Source: Octopus sinensis
Lineage: Eukaryota
Assembly: GCF_006345805.1 (NCBI RefSeq)
Contig: NC_043008.1
Coordinates: 44,144,001 to 44,208,000, forward strand
Direction: 5' to 3'
DNA: 64,000 nucleotides
Shown: positions 38,714 to 52,743 of the stretch, in pieces
Position numbering within the stretch: the stretch's first letter is position 1
How the letters are laid out: the number at the start of each line of letters is the position of its first letter
Notes under the pieces: generated by a model
What the model was told of the DNA's origin: nothing
Databases searched by the model: none
The model's input: the letters and a program-made list of their open reading frames with translations, nothing else
Made by a program: the position numbers and the translations under genes

Positions 38714-39444
38714 TATATATAACAATATACTCACTTTTATACAAAAAGACCGATTGGTATCGCTTTCAATGTCTTTGAGCATCGATCTGGTTTATCATAA
38801 TCGCCATCACTTGAAACAACGATTGAGTGCCAAGATTAAGATTCAACCTGCGAAAATGAAAGTCAAATACTTTTTAAATCACACACAGTTCAGTCCTGAA
38901 ATAATAAACGCATTGAATGATGTGGTCTTACATACTTCTAAAATGAGGGTATGGTCATGGCAAGGTTGTCATTGATAATAGTGTTCTACTCGATGATGGA
39001 CTAACCTCGGGTGATTTAAATACAAAATAAAAAAAACACGAAGTGCAACGTGTTGCTGCTAACCGGAAACAGTAATGTACTCTTTAACATTAGAGACACA
39101 TAATGATCGAAGACATGACAAAAAATATATATTTATTTACGTATTTAATTCTGTAACAATGTAATAGAAGCCTCACGAAATATGGACACCATGGAGAGAC
39201 AAACGAAAGAAGATGAGTCACGATTGTAGTAATTTTATAGCAGCCGTTACAATACACCAATTAAAGTCTGAATTTTATATTCACCATAATATAAATACGT
39301 GGAGAAGCAAACAGATGTTTCTTTTGAATTCTTCTTTCATTTCATACGCATTTATAGAAGGTAAAGTATTGATATCAGACAGATATTTCTTTCAAAGATA
39401 CGAAAGATAACCATGATAATACTGGGTAGTTGCAAGGAATTGTG

Positions 39445-39770
39445 AAGGTGCGTGGCCTAATGGATAGGTTGTTACACACTCGATAGTTAAATTGTGGGTT
39501 CGATTCCCGGATCGGGAGGAGTGTTGTGTTATTTAGAAAAACACTTCTTTTCACGTTGCTGTAGTGCCGTGCGGAGGAAGGCATGCTAAAACACAGACTG
39601 AGTGTTGTCAAAAGTACTAAAATGGAAATGAGGATGAGGTAGCTTCGTAAAAGATTGACCAGCAAGAATAACCAAACAGACCCGTGACTTGGAAGGTTGT
39701 TGCCTGGTTAGTGCATAGGCGTTGTTCGCCATAAGTTGAAAACCACCGAAGAAAAATGGTGGGCGCAATG
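39445..39770 (+). mobile_element. SINE family C, degenerate
   Basis: GGTGCGTGGCCTAATGG A-box, GGGTTCGATTCCC B-box, AAACACTTCTTTTCACGTTGCT core, similar to the 47721 copy. The 3' boundary is approximate. Confidence 0.6.
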
Positions 39771-39953
39771 AGACGCTGTTACATTGCTCCCCCCAGTTCT
39801 GTTACTACTGCATGTAATTGGAGAAAGTTTGTATTAACAATAGGTTGTTCAAATTATGGTGAACTCAAACGTAATTAGTTTCTTCACTGATATGGACTAT
39901 AATATATCAATGTTGTATATATATATATATATAAATGTATAGGTATATACATT

Positions 39954-40186
39954 CTATTTCTTTACTACCCACAAGGGGCTAAACACAAAGGGGGACGAAC
40001 AAGGACAGAGAAACAGATTTAGTCGATTATATCGACCCCAGTGCGTAACTGGTACTTATTTAATCGACCCCGAAAGGATGAAAGGCAAAGTCGACCTCGG
40101 CGGAATTTGAACTCAGGACGTAGCGACAGACGAAATGCTGCTGAGCATTTCGCCCGGCGAGCTAACGTTTCTGCCAGCTCGCCGCC
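39954..40186 (-). mobile_element. SINE family A, full length
   Basis: Complete reverse-complement match. Confidence 0.92.
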
Positions 40187-42329
40187 TTTTTATTGTATAT
40201 ACATTCACTGGAAATGGAGATCTCCAGGTCCAAATTCTTGAACGGCTGCTGTTGCTGTTGTCGTCGTTGTTGTTACTGCTCTTAATGTTGCTGCTGCTCT
40301 TATTTAAGCCTTGTTGAAAACTGATCAAGTTTCATCTAGACAATGACAAAAGTTGTTCGACCAATTAAAGGTGTACATTTTTCTTTTTAGTCAAAGTATA
40401 CCTTGGGTTATATTAACTGATAGGTATTATGCTCATTCATAATGAGAAATGATAAAATATTTTCTTCAAATAATACACGGGAGGGTCAAGAACACACCAG
40501 TCAAGTATTCTTTAGAAGCGGTATACAGATGTTTTGGATTTGTTTGTTTTTACTATCGTGAGAGTTTTTCAACCAGGGCCTATATGAACCATGAGAATCC
40601 CTGTAATATTGTTTTGTGAAAATTTATGTGAAATAGGTTAGTTCTATTTCTACATTAGAGCAAATATTTTTGCATCTATTTTGCACAATTTAATGAAAAA
40701 ATGTAATAGGATTTCTTAAAGCATCAATCGCTTTGTGTGTTCACCCGAGCAAAATAGGAATAAAAGGTAATCATAGATAAAAGAAAATGGTTTTGAAGCA
40801 CTAGTCTTCAGTAAGGGGCAGTATACATGAATTTGCCTGTCTTCCAAGACCGGGGAAACTGATGGTGTTAATATTAAAATCGTTTCAAGTCCACTCTTGC
40901 AGAAAAGATAAGAGCAGTGAGAGGATTCCAGAGGTACGATGGCTTGGGCGAGAAGGAGTTTTTATAATGATTTGCGCAAAGAAAGTGTGGTCAGAAGCAC
41001 CAAGCGAGTTCAGTGATGGAGAGACAGATGGATTAGGGTTGCCTCTGTGGTGGAAGTAAGAGACTATTCCACAGAAGTCATTATAGCAGAAATAGAATGG
41101 ACAAAGGGAGAAGTGAGAGGGAGAGATAAGTAGAAGAGAGAAAAGGATGCAGCGTTCTGTAAATGAAAATACCAGAATTTACTGTATTAACGAGAGAGCA
41201 GCAGAGGTAAGATATACGTCTGTCGCTGTGCACCATTGCAGCATGATATAGACACTGCATGTAATTGAGAAGAGTCCAGGGTATTTGCGAATGTAATTGC
41301 TGCTGCTTGTTACCCATTCAGTGACTGTCAGTATACGATTTATTTTGGAATTACATCAGAATAGACTAGGAAATAATTATATCGTTAATGTACATTAGAC
41401 TAGTAAAAATATCCAATGGATATTCCCCGAACGTATGGAATAAAGCACCATGTCATATACAGTATCAATAATGAATGATGTGACTATGAGGAGAGATAAT
41501 GGAAGTAATGAACCAAGAAGAGAAGCGAAATGTCCAACTTGTATTAAGTGGCGTAATTTAATTCAATACAATGGCACGTAAAAACTGAATTAAATTAAAC
41601 AACATCTGAAATATATCATTAGATTTTCATTCTTATTTTCAAATGAAGTGTTGATTCAAACTAATGACTAATCCTCTCTTGATTAACAACTTAATTAAAT
41701 CTAATATCAAATCAAATTAACCAATACTTAGTTGAACTGTTAAGATTATTTACCAAATGACGTAATTTCAATATGGCGGTTTTACGCATCGGCGTCGAGT
41801 GTAATAATTTTTTTTTTCTTCAGAGGTTTCGACATTACGTAATATTGCGTAAAACTAAAAGACTACAATTAAGATATAATTATTGATTCAGCCTCAGCCC
41901 GTTGACCACCACCAACTAATTGGTAAAGTGGCTTAGAACCCACAGGAGTCAGCCATGTAAGAGAGACAGAGAGAGAAAGAGACAGAGCGGGGAGAGAAAG
42001 AGAAAGAAAGAGAGGGATAGAGAATGCAAATTCTCAAATGACAAACATCCAGGTAAATAAATTGTTAGCTAAACATAACATACATCTGTTTCTTGTTTCT
42101 TGTTCTCTCTATCTTGAAATAAACTGAGTACTGACATACATACACACACACATACATACATACATACATACATACATACATACATACATACATACATACA
42201 TACACACACGCATGCATACATACATACATACATACATACGTATACATACATATGTATGTACTTGAACACAAATACACACTCACATATGTGTGTGCATGTG
42301 TGTGCGTATGTGTTTTTGTGTGTATGCAT

Positions 42330-42720
42330 ATGAAGAGGTGCTGAAAAGTTCATGGCTTCCACAAAAGAAAATACGGGAAGACTTGCGAGGTGGTTTCCAA
42401 AAGTTCCCGGACAAGATCTTTAGCGTGCCAATAGATGACAGCACACGGACGCGTGCACAGTGAGAGCTAGCAGTGACCCTCTGCAAGTCCATATGTCTTT
42501 ATCTATATTTCTTTTTCTCCATCTCTTTGTCACTATATCTATATCTACAACTCCCTCTGTCTATTTATTTCTTTCTGTATATATGTATTTATCCGTCTAT
42601 CTACTTCTTAAATCTGTCTTTTTGTAATGACGTGCATGATGTAGTCTTCGGCTTTTGTCATGGACACTAAGTTGGAATAAAGTGCCAACATGAAGCTTTG
42701 CGTTCAATTTGCGATGTCTC
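42330..42720 (+). mobile_element. Mariner-like remnants (two TIR-like starts and a decayed transposase start), interrupted at 42479-42620
   Basis: GGTGCTGAAAAGTTC matches the 25965 MITE TIR. GAGGTGGTTTCCAAAAGTTCCCGGAC is a second TIR-like start. MDTKLE*SANMKLCV resembles the mariner N-terminal EQRxxIKFC motif. Confidence 0.55.
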
Positions 42721-43207
42721 TTTAGGTAAATCAGTTATGTTTTATTAAACATAACCAATCCGGGAAATCTATGATACCAACTAATCATTATGATATAATT
42801 CGACATATTCACCGCTCAGATTCACACAATTATTGCAGCGGTCCTTAAATTTTTCTAAGCCCTGTAAAATAACTTGCAAGGTTGGCCTCCAGCGAGGCCT
42901 TCGTGGTACCCTTAAATACAAGGAATTTCCAGGAAACCTTCGTATATATACAGCATAGAATCTTTAGTGAACAAGAGACTGCTCTCGCACCAAGCAGTAC
43001 AAGACACTGGCAAGTGAGGAAAACTTAACAATAGCATGGGAAAAATGTGAGGCGACAGAATCTAGCAACACGACGAGCCACGCACTGGAACCGAACCATT
43101 ATATGCTCATTCGCACAAACACATCTAAATATATACACACACACTCACATATACTCTTGCACCCACACACACGCAAATACATATATGTACATATTTATAT
43201 ATATATA

Positions 43208-43620
43208 GGCGCAGGAGTGGCTGTGTGGTAAGTAGCTTGCCAACCAACCACATGGTTCCGGGTTCAGTCCCACTGCGTGACATCTTGGGCAAGTGTCTTC
43301 TGCTATAGCCCCGGGCCGACCAATACTTTCTGAGTGGATTTGGTAGACGGAAACTGAAAGAAGCCTGTCGTATATACGCATATATATATATATGTATGTG
43401 TGTGTGTGTTTGTGTTCTGTGTTTGTCCCCCTAGCATTGCTTGACAACCGATGCTGGTGTGTTTATGTCCCCGTCACTTAGCGGTTCGGCAAAAAAGGGA
43501 CCGATAGAATAAGTACTGGGCTTACAAAGAATAAGTACCGGGGTCGACTTGCTCGACTAAAGGCGGTGCTCCAGCATGGCCGCAGTCAAATGACTGAAAC
43601 AAGTAAAAGAGTAAAAGAGA
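43208..43620 (+). mobile_element. SINE family B, full length (closest to consensus)
   Basis: GGCGCAGGAGTGGCTGTGTGGTAAG head through the (AGTAAAAG)n tail. Confidence 0.93.
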
Positions 43621-44463
43621 TATGTGTGTGTGTGTATATACGTATATATATGTATTTATATAAGACACACACATACATACACACACACATATGTATATAC
43701 ATTTATATATATTGACACCCACGCATATATATATATATATATTATATATAAAGAGAGAGAAAGAGAGAGAGAGAGAGTGAAAGGAAGAGAGAGATAGTAG
43801 ATAGACAGATAAATACATATATACATAAAGAATTAAATAGACAGAGGGAGTTGTAGACATAGATATATTGACAAAGAGATGGAGAAAAAGAAATATAGAG
43901 AAAGACATATGGACTTGCAGAGAACCAAGGCCATATCGGAATAGTTTGTGGGTTGTTTGCACCAGTCAAGAGAGTTAGATTCTGTCAGAAAACTTACTAA
44001 TGTCTTTTGTACTTAATCAATAGCACTTACCAAAGTAAATATCATCCTTGTCACCAATATCTATAGCAATTAGCATCCCATAACGACTCTTTGCTGCCAG
44101 TTTTCAATCTCTGCGCGCAACATATATCAATTCTTATCGAGTAGCGACTAATGATGCATCTTTAGATGTCTGCATAATGATGGACATGGAGAGACGGAAA
44201 AGGGAAGCGAATGATGGATTGCAGCGCTGCTTATATATACACGCAATCATATGCAGACATACACACACATACACACACACATATATATACCATACATATA
44301 CATACATATAGATATACATACATACATACTCACACACACACACATATATATATAAACACATATATGCAGGTATATATATATATGTTTATAAAAGTATGTG
44401 TACTTATACGTACAAATGACGACACTCTATGTATATTAAATATTACACGCACACACAAACACG

Positions 44464-44509
<46 letters not shown>

Positions 44510-44699
44510 CGAGTTTTATCTAACACATATATGTAATATGGGATTATATAAACTCACACGTGTGTATACGTAGATATATCAATATGTAAATCTATATATA
44601 CATACATATATATATATATATTATATATATATATATATATATACAATATATATACATATACATACATATATTATACATACATAAATATATATATATATA

Positions 44700-44749
<50 letters not shown>

Positions 44750-45271
44750 ATGTGTGTGTGTGTGTGTGTGTGTATGTCTCTGTGTGTGTATATAAAGAAT
44801 CGAAACCGGAAATGCTTTGTTGGCGAAAACTATTTCAAAACTTTTAACATCGATATAGACTTATAAATGTTTCCTATCTATTTCCATATGTCAGCTTCGC
44901 TGACGTTGTCGCTACTTCGATATATGTAACCCATAAAGGGCTTCTATTGATTTCCTGAACACAAGTATACCTAGAAGATCGTTTCAAATTTTAAACACCG
45001 ACACCCCCGCCAGCATCTTGTTCTCGATTCAGATGAATTCTACAGACATGTACTTTTATATGGCGTCACTGATTCCATACATGCAAAAATTCCTCGATAC
45101 CTCTATGACATATTCTTTCTTCATTAGCCATCATGCATATCATTGAAATTTTACTTACCCGAATGCACAAACACACAAACAAGCACACAAACGCATACGC
45201 GTACAAATTATACACGCACACCCACTAATATTTGTATTATGTACGTATGTATGTATGTATGTATGTATGTA

Positions 45272-45400
45272 CGGCTGCGTGGTAAGAAGCTTGATTCCCA
45301 ACCACATGGTTCAGGTTTCAGCCCCAGAATCGGGAACATTCGGCATGTGTCTTCTACTAAAACCGCAGGCCGACCACACACGTGTGAGTGAATTTTATAT
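45272..45400 (+). mobile_element. SINE family B, 5' half
   Basis: Head and partial core running into a TA tract. Confidence 0.75.
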
Positions 45401-45620
45401 GTATATATGTATGTATGTATGTATGTATTTATGTATATATAGCTATATATATATATGTATATATATGTAGCTATACCCACTAATATATATATATATAATA
45501 TCATGCATATATATATGTATACATATATATATATATATATATATATAACATATATATATATATTTATAATATATATAGGTATATATATATATAGCAGATA
45601 GATATATATATATATATATA

Positions 45621-45676
<56 letters not shown>

Positions 45677-47720
45677 GCTATGATATATATATATATATAA
45701 TATATATATATATATATTAGGGGGTATAGCTACATATATATACATATTATAGCTATATAAACAAAATACATACATATATATACATATGTATATATATATG
45801 TTTATTCAAGCGTGTGTGTACGTGTGCTTGCATATGCATATAAATACGTCACTTTTTCTAGGGTTTCCTATATCTGCAAAATGTCGATTTGATGAGTTTT
45901 GTTGTTTATATCTTTCCTGATGAGATTGATGCATAACTGACCATAATCCTTCCTGTCGGACGTATTCTGAATGCATCCATCGAAACATATGGAGAAGATG
46001 TTTGAAATGTGTTTGAAATGTGTACAGATATTGTAAAACTAGAAAGAAGAAGGCAGTCAAAATTTTGGATAATTCCTTATTATTTTCTTTCGTGCGTTTA
46101 AACGAACTCTTCAAGACAAAAATTAAAATTAAAGTGATAACGATAAAAACGAAAGCGCTAATAATAATCAATTATGTAATAACGTATTATCTCAAATTCT
46201 GACTGCCTCTGTTTTTTTCTTTTACCTCTGATTTAGAGGAAATAACCTGTACTTGTCAAGGTTTTTTTTTTAATTCCTCGAGTTCTGAGCGTTTCCTCAC
46301 GTCTGCGACGTAGATACTTTAAAATTTTGTATTCATATAGAGTCTGCCGAGCTGTCCTCAAAGCTTGCCTTTTTGGGTGCGAGACCTTGGGTAACTCTAG
46401 ATAAAATTTTGTTGTAATAATTTCTGCTATAATTTTAGACTCTGTTTCTTTCCGATACATCTTATTGTTTTTTATTAACTGACAACATATAAATATGTAA
46501 GACGATAACTGAGTGCGTGTCTTTATTTGGCAAAATATATAAATAAAATAACAAGCCCGAAATACAACAATATATATATATATATACACATATACTTATA
46601 CATATTCATATATACATATATATTCATGTATTTTATGTATATCTATCTATCTTTCTATCTATCTATCTATCTATTTATCTATCTATTTATCTATATACAT
46701 ATAAGAGTTTATGAGTGTGTGTAGTAAGTTTACAACTGCAAGAACTGAACTTAAGATTTGCAGGTCAATATCTCGACGTGTTCAAGAGATAACCCTCTCT
46801 TATATGCTGTGAAACCTTTCACTTGCAAAATAAAATTATTTCATTCAGCTGAATAGATCTGCGTTGCCTTTTGAGGGTTTCATGTCGTTGTAACTTTCAC
46901 CGATATCTGTGGTTACGTAGCAATGTAATTTGAGTGAACTACCATTCGACCTGTGATTAAAAGACACAGCCTGATATCAGCTGGAAATCCTGATTCCTAC
47001 AGCGCTTGCCAATAATTTCTATGACACTTTCTTTATCCAATATCGTCACTGATAACAGCCGGTATAATAGTTAAATTTGAATAACTCTGTTGCAATGCAG
47101 CATCGAATAGTGACAGCTGTTGTGGGGAACATTCTATTGTAAGTACAATTTCAGATGTTGATGTAACTATCGAAATAATAGGCGGTTATTTGGTCGCGGG
47201 ATCATTGGCTACAATAGAACGTTCAAATATTAAACATATCACTGCTATCATCTTTGTCGAGAGACAAAGATACACGGCGAATTGTTTAATATCGTCGGAA
47301 GCATATCTTGTATTTATGTTAAATGTTTAGCATTATTATTGTTCATATAAATCAATGTAGATGTCTGTGCCGTGTTGCGAGTGTATGTGTGTGTGTGTGT
47401 GTGTGTGGTATTATGCGCTAAAACTATCATTTAGCAGAGCAATATATGAACACTTAACCAGATGCGATTTTATATTCTTAATTGCTGCTATATACACAGA
47501 TATGGCAAAACTGGATTCTACTTTTCTGACAAGATATTTCTTCTGGAGCTGGACAGCGTGAAATCGTGTTGGGTGGAGGTTACTCTATTAGTTACGTTCA
47601 CCCAAGTTCTCAAGTTTTATTTTCTTTTATCGCTTCTGGAAGCATAGAAAGTAAAGTAAAGAACGTAATGCCGGAAGAAATGCGGTTAAGCATTTTGTCC
47701 GGCATATCTTAATACCACGA

Positions 47721-48042
47721 GAAGGTGCATGGCTTAGTGGAAGGGCATCCATTTCACGATCGTAAGGACGAGATTTCAATTCCCATCGATGCGTTTTGTC
47801 CTTGAGCAAGACACTTTATTTCACGTTGCTCCAGTCTAATCGGCAGGCAAAAATGAGTAGCACCAGTGTTTCAAAGGACCGGCCTTGTCAAACTCTGTGT
47901 CACGCTGAATCTCCCTAACAAGTACGTTAAGGGGTACATGTGACTGTGGAGTGCTCAGCCACTTGCACGTTAATTTCATGAGCAAGCTGTTCTGTTGATC
48001 GCATCAGCAGGGACCCTCGTCTTCGTAACAGACGGAGTACTC
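47721..48042 (+). mobile_element. SINE family C with a perfect 18-bp TSD, inserted into a family A remnant
   Basis: CATATCTTAATACCACGA at 47703-47720 and 48043-48060. It has a tRNA-like head and a GTCCTTGAGCAAGACACTT core. Confidence 0.9.
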
Positions 48043-48627
48043 CATATCTTAATACCACGAAAACAATTAAAACAATCCGAAAACAATTAAATTTATTATG
48101 AGACTGTGACCAAATAGAGGTCTTCAGTTACTAGGTTTGATGTTATTACTTGTCAACACTTACCACTGGTTTACCAGTTGTTTGCTTAATTATTATTTTT
48201 GGTATGGCTTAGCTAAGTCCTCTGCTCCTCCTGTTTTCGCAGACAAATTAGTAATATTTCAGCTGTAATCTTTCCGTACTCCCGAGTATTCAGATACAGC
48301 CGTTCTTCAGATACATTAATCAATGTTTTCTCATTCATTAAGCCAGAATGTTGTGATTTGTCCGTTATTTTCCTAGAACATCTATCAGGCCTATTAGCCA
48401 CATAAGGACATATACAGTGGATCTTAATAAAGTCAAAGCAGATGTTAGTTGCCGTATGAACGCTAGATAAGTGGACCTTGCAACACACCTTATATTGTAA
48501 AAAATTAGTAAATCTTCATTCTCAGTTCAAATTTACTCGGTGTGGACGGTACAGAATATAGAGTACATGGTTATATATTTCAATATAAAACAACACACAA
48601 ACAAGGGTAGCTGGCCGAACCAAGGAT

Positions 48628-48893
48628 AGCGGCAAGCTGGCAGAAACGTTAGCACGCCCGGCGAAATGCTTAGCGGTATTTCGTTTGCCGTTACGTTCTG
48701 AGTTCAAATTCCGCCGGGGTCGACTTTGCCTTTCATCCTTTCGGGGTCTATTAAATAAGTATCAGTTACGTTCTGGGGTCGGAATAATCGACTTAATCCG
48801 TTTGTCTGTCTTTGTTTGACCTCTCTGTATTTAGCCCCTTGTGGGTAGTAAAGAAGTAGGTATTTCGTCAGCCTCTACGTTCTGAGTTCACAC
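48628..48893 (+). mobile_element. SINE family A plus the start of a second unit
   Basis: The tail continues AAGTAG|GTATTTCGTCAGCCTCTACGTTCTGAGTTC. Confidence 0.9.
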
Positions 48894-49051
48894 TTCCCGT
48901 AGCTATGTATAAGATTGGAGGATACAATCTGCAAGATAGATTGTGATTCCTAAGACATCTCTGCATTTGTGTGTCGACATGAATATATATTCAACAATGT
49001 TGAATATATCTGTTTCAAACAACTTGAATATATATGTTTCAACAATGTGAG

Positions 49052-49084
<33 letters not shown>

Positions 49085-49102
49085 TATATTTTATATATAT
49101 AT

Positions 49103-49150
<48 letters not shown>

Positions 49151-49902
49151 TATATGTATGTTGGATGTTTCTCTCTCATAGAATTCGAGAGAAACATTTT
49201 CAATAAAGACATTTCCATTAAGGTTAAAAGAAATGGCAAATGTCTTAATTTGTAAAGAATTTTTATACAAGTGCATTTCTGTAAATAGTTTGAATTGTTT
49301 GTCATCGAATTTACCCATTACGCATAAATCTCAAATGAATAAACCAAATGTTTTTATATCCCACACACACACACACACACGCACGCACATTTATATATAA
49401 TATATAGAATGTATTTCATAAGAGATATATTCTTTGCAATGTATTTTGTTTTGTACGTAATTTCTATATCAGAGTTCCTTTTAAATATATTAGATGCAAG
49501 AATTAAAATGGTCAAACTATTGGTAGTATCTTACATTTCAAAAATCATTGTTATAAAGTCTTTCAGTGTACTCAAGATATGCTTATACGAATTTCAAATT
49601 TTAGCACAAGGCCAGCAACATCGAAGGAGGAGAGGTCGATTACATCGATCTTAGTGCTCAACAGGTACATATTTTATTTGACTTCGAAAAGATTAAGTTC
49701 AGAGTTGACCTGTAAGAAAATTTGAATTTAGAACACGAAGACGAATGAAACGCCGCAAAGCATTGTCCCCGGCGTGCTAACCATGCATCCAGTTCACCGC
49801 CTTTAGGTACGCATATATCAGAGTCGTACGTTTGCATAAAGTATACGCCACACACACACACACATACACACATATATATATATATATATACATACATGTG
49901 TA

Positions 49903-49934
<32 letters not shown>

Positions 49935-49938
<4 letters not shown>

Positions 49939-50171
49939 TTTTTACTCATTAACTCTTTTACTCTTGACTGCGGCGTATTTGATCGAATAAATCGACCCCA
50001 GGACTTATTTTTGTAAGCCTAGTACTTATTATATCGGACTTATTTTTGCCGAACCGCTAATGGCGGGAACGTAAACACTCCATCATCGGTTGTCAGGTGA
50101 TGGTTATGGTGGTGGTGGTGGTGGTGAGACAAGAACTGACGCAAACTACAAACGACAACATACATATATAG

Positions 50172-50214
<43 letters not shown>

Positions 50215-50295
50215 ATACAGTGTACAATGGACATTTTAATAAATTTCCATTACCCTTTGATATGATTAAGTATATATATATATATATAATATATA

Positions 50296-50336
<41 letters not shown>

Positions 50337-50508
50337 CGATGGGCTTCTTTCAGTTTCCGTCTGCAAAATCTACTTACAAGGCTTTCGTCGACCCGAGGTT
50401 ATAGTAGAAGACACTTGCCCAAGGTGCTATGCATTGAAACTGAACCCGGGACCATGTGGTTGGGAAGAAAGCTTTTTACCAAAAAGCCACTCCTGCGCCT
50501 ATATTAGG
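49935..50508 (-). mobile_element. SINE family B with a long internal microsatellite
   Basis: The 3' half (49935-50100) and 5' half (50335-50508) are separated by GGT/CA/TA repeats and unique sequence. Confidence 0.85.
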
Positions 50509-51354
50509 CAACTTTAAAAAATGTCCTAAAATATTCGCTGAAACCGAAGTAAAGTTGAATAAATTGACTGAAAGTGAAGTTTATTGATTACTTAAAAAAC
50601 AAACAATTAAACAAAGAAAAAAACAAGAACAGAAACAAGAATTCGAAACGACGTAGGTTGAGGCATGCCTGTAGTTATAGGGAAGTCTCATCCAGCAGGA
50701 AACCAGCGCGAGTTCTCTGGGATGAATTTGCGAATGATGTGTCAAAGTAAAAAAGGAGCGCGCACTAACGTTTATTTTTGTTGTTGTCTACATAAGAGAT
50801 TAGATAAGTGTAAAGAGGTTGATTGGTTGATCAGATAATTATTGTGGCGTTTGAGGTCTGCCCTCACGTGCAATCGGTTAGCATCAAAGTAACGAAACGT
50901 CAGTAGTAAGTTATAATGAAATATTTCCTTCGGCTAGCATTCTTCTCTCTTCAAAATATACACACACAACACATACCTATATATATATATACAATATATA
51001 TATATATAGATACATTCATAATTATATATATATATATATATTATATATATATGTATATATATATATACGTATATATTTATATATATGTATGTATGTATGT
51101 ATAACATACATACGTATATACATTTTCTTTTAAAGATTTTAAATAAATCTAGAGAGTTCAAAAGAAAAAAAAGGGCGTAACACACACACCACACACGCAC
51201 AAGTACATACACACACACACGCACAAATATATGTGAGCACGTATCTCTCTATATATATGTCTGTGTGTGGCGGGGCGTGTATTTATATATATATATTTGT
51301 ATATGTATATATTTATATGTGTATTTATATTGTATTTATAAATATGTAGGTATT

Positions 51355-51388
<34 letters not shown>

Positions 51389-51743
51389 ATATATAATATA
51401 TATATAATATATATATATATATTATAATATTATATGTATAATATTATATTATGTATATGCATATATTATATATATGTGTGTATATATATTATATATGTAT
51501 ATGTATATATTATATATGTGTGTGTGTGTATAAAGATAGTTATATGTATATGTACTCTCACGCACACATACAACAGAAGACAGATATATATATATATATT
51601 ATATATTATATATATATTATATATATATATTATATATATAATATATATTAAATACAGATTCGTTTGAATAATTTTGATCTAAACGGTGCACATAAACACA
51701 GATTAATAAGTAAAAGTACTTACACATCTGAGATGAATTAATT

Positions 51744-52173
51744 ATGCACCGTAAGAAGTGTTGTTGTTGTTGTTGCTGTTGTTGTTGTATGTGTGCTTTC
51801 ATTTGTGTCTTTGTTGGAGGCGATGAAGGATTAGCGCTGATAAACAAACTTACAAAATATCAGAACCGACATGAAAGACGCACTGTGTACAGCGGCGTCG
51901 AATTCAACAATCGCTTTTGTATTTCTTCTCTTACTCTCACCCCAGGGACCACCGTTGATTTTACTGCGCCCAACCGCTATAATCAGAACCACAGCCACTA
52001 CAGCCTTTGCTGCAATTATTACCACAACAACCAATTCTATTACGAAGCCTCAGTTTCTGCTAGTCTCTCAATTTGGCGAACTGTCAGATTCTTTAGAGAG
52101 TTGGATAGGACGCATTGTGATACACGATGCGGTACTCTGCCCGCTGCGAAGAGTTCAAGCCTAGCTGCCGACG
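51744..52173 (+). CDS. Candidate first coding exon of an unidentified, possibly secreted protein
   Basis: 143 open codons from an ATG, hydrophobic poly-Cys N-terminus, Cys-containing body, phase-1 donor GACG|GTATTT. A second + frame is also open for 97 codons. No homolog recognised. Confidence 0.3.
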
Positions 52174-52586
52174 GTATTTTTGATTTTCTTTGAAGGTCGA
52201 TAAATACTCCTTTCTCTTATAGACAGAAAACTTGAAATTTCTGGGAAGCTGGGTGGTACTCCATAACACTGACCCCACTGGACGACTGATACATTTTTTT
52301 TTATCAATCCCGAACATGTGAAACGCAATATCAACCTCAGTAGAATTTTAACTTTAGAACGTATAGCCGGACGAAATGATGCCTGGTGTTTTGTCCGGCT
52401 TGCTAATAATTTTAGCTGCTCACTGATAAAAAATATACCAGCCCCAGCAATGATTCAATTATTTCTTCTCTCTTCCTGTGTCTCTCTCTCTTATTTCCTT
52501 TCCTTCTTTTTCTCTTCCTTTCTATTTTTCTTTCTTTCACTCTATCTATCTATCTACCTATCTATCTTTCTATCTACCTATATGTA

Positions 52587-52620
<34 letters not shown>

Positions 52621-52743
52621 CTATCTATCTATCTATCTATCTATATATATATATATATATATATATAATAATATATATATAATATATTTATCTATCTATC
52701 TATCTGCCGAATACACCACTCCACTTGCTCATTTACTTCACAG

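Noticed and set aside
40905-41206. Open frames with AG/GTAAGA sites
   Set aside because: No homology recognised and a purine-rich context; cannot be distinguished from chance.
43208-43280. tRNA-like A/B boxes in SINE heads
   Set aside because: No complete cloverleaf; these are SINE promoters, not tRNA genes.
45806-46589. Two minus-strand ORFs with hydrophobic stretches resembling GPCR helices
   Set aside because: They are separated by stops, have no receptor motifs, and AT-rich codons explain the hydrophobicity.
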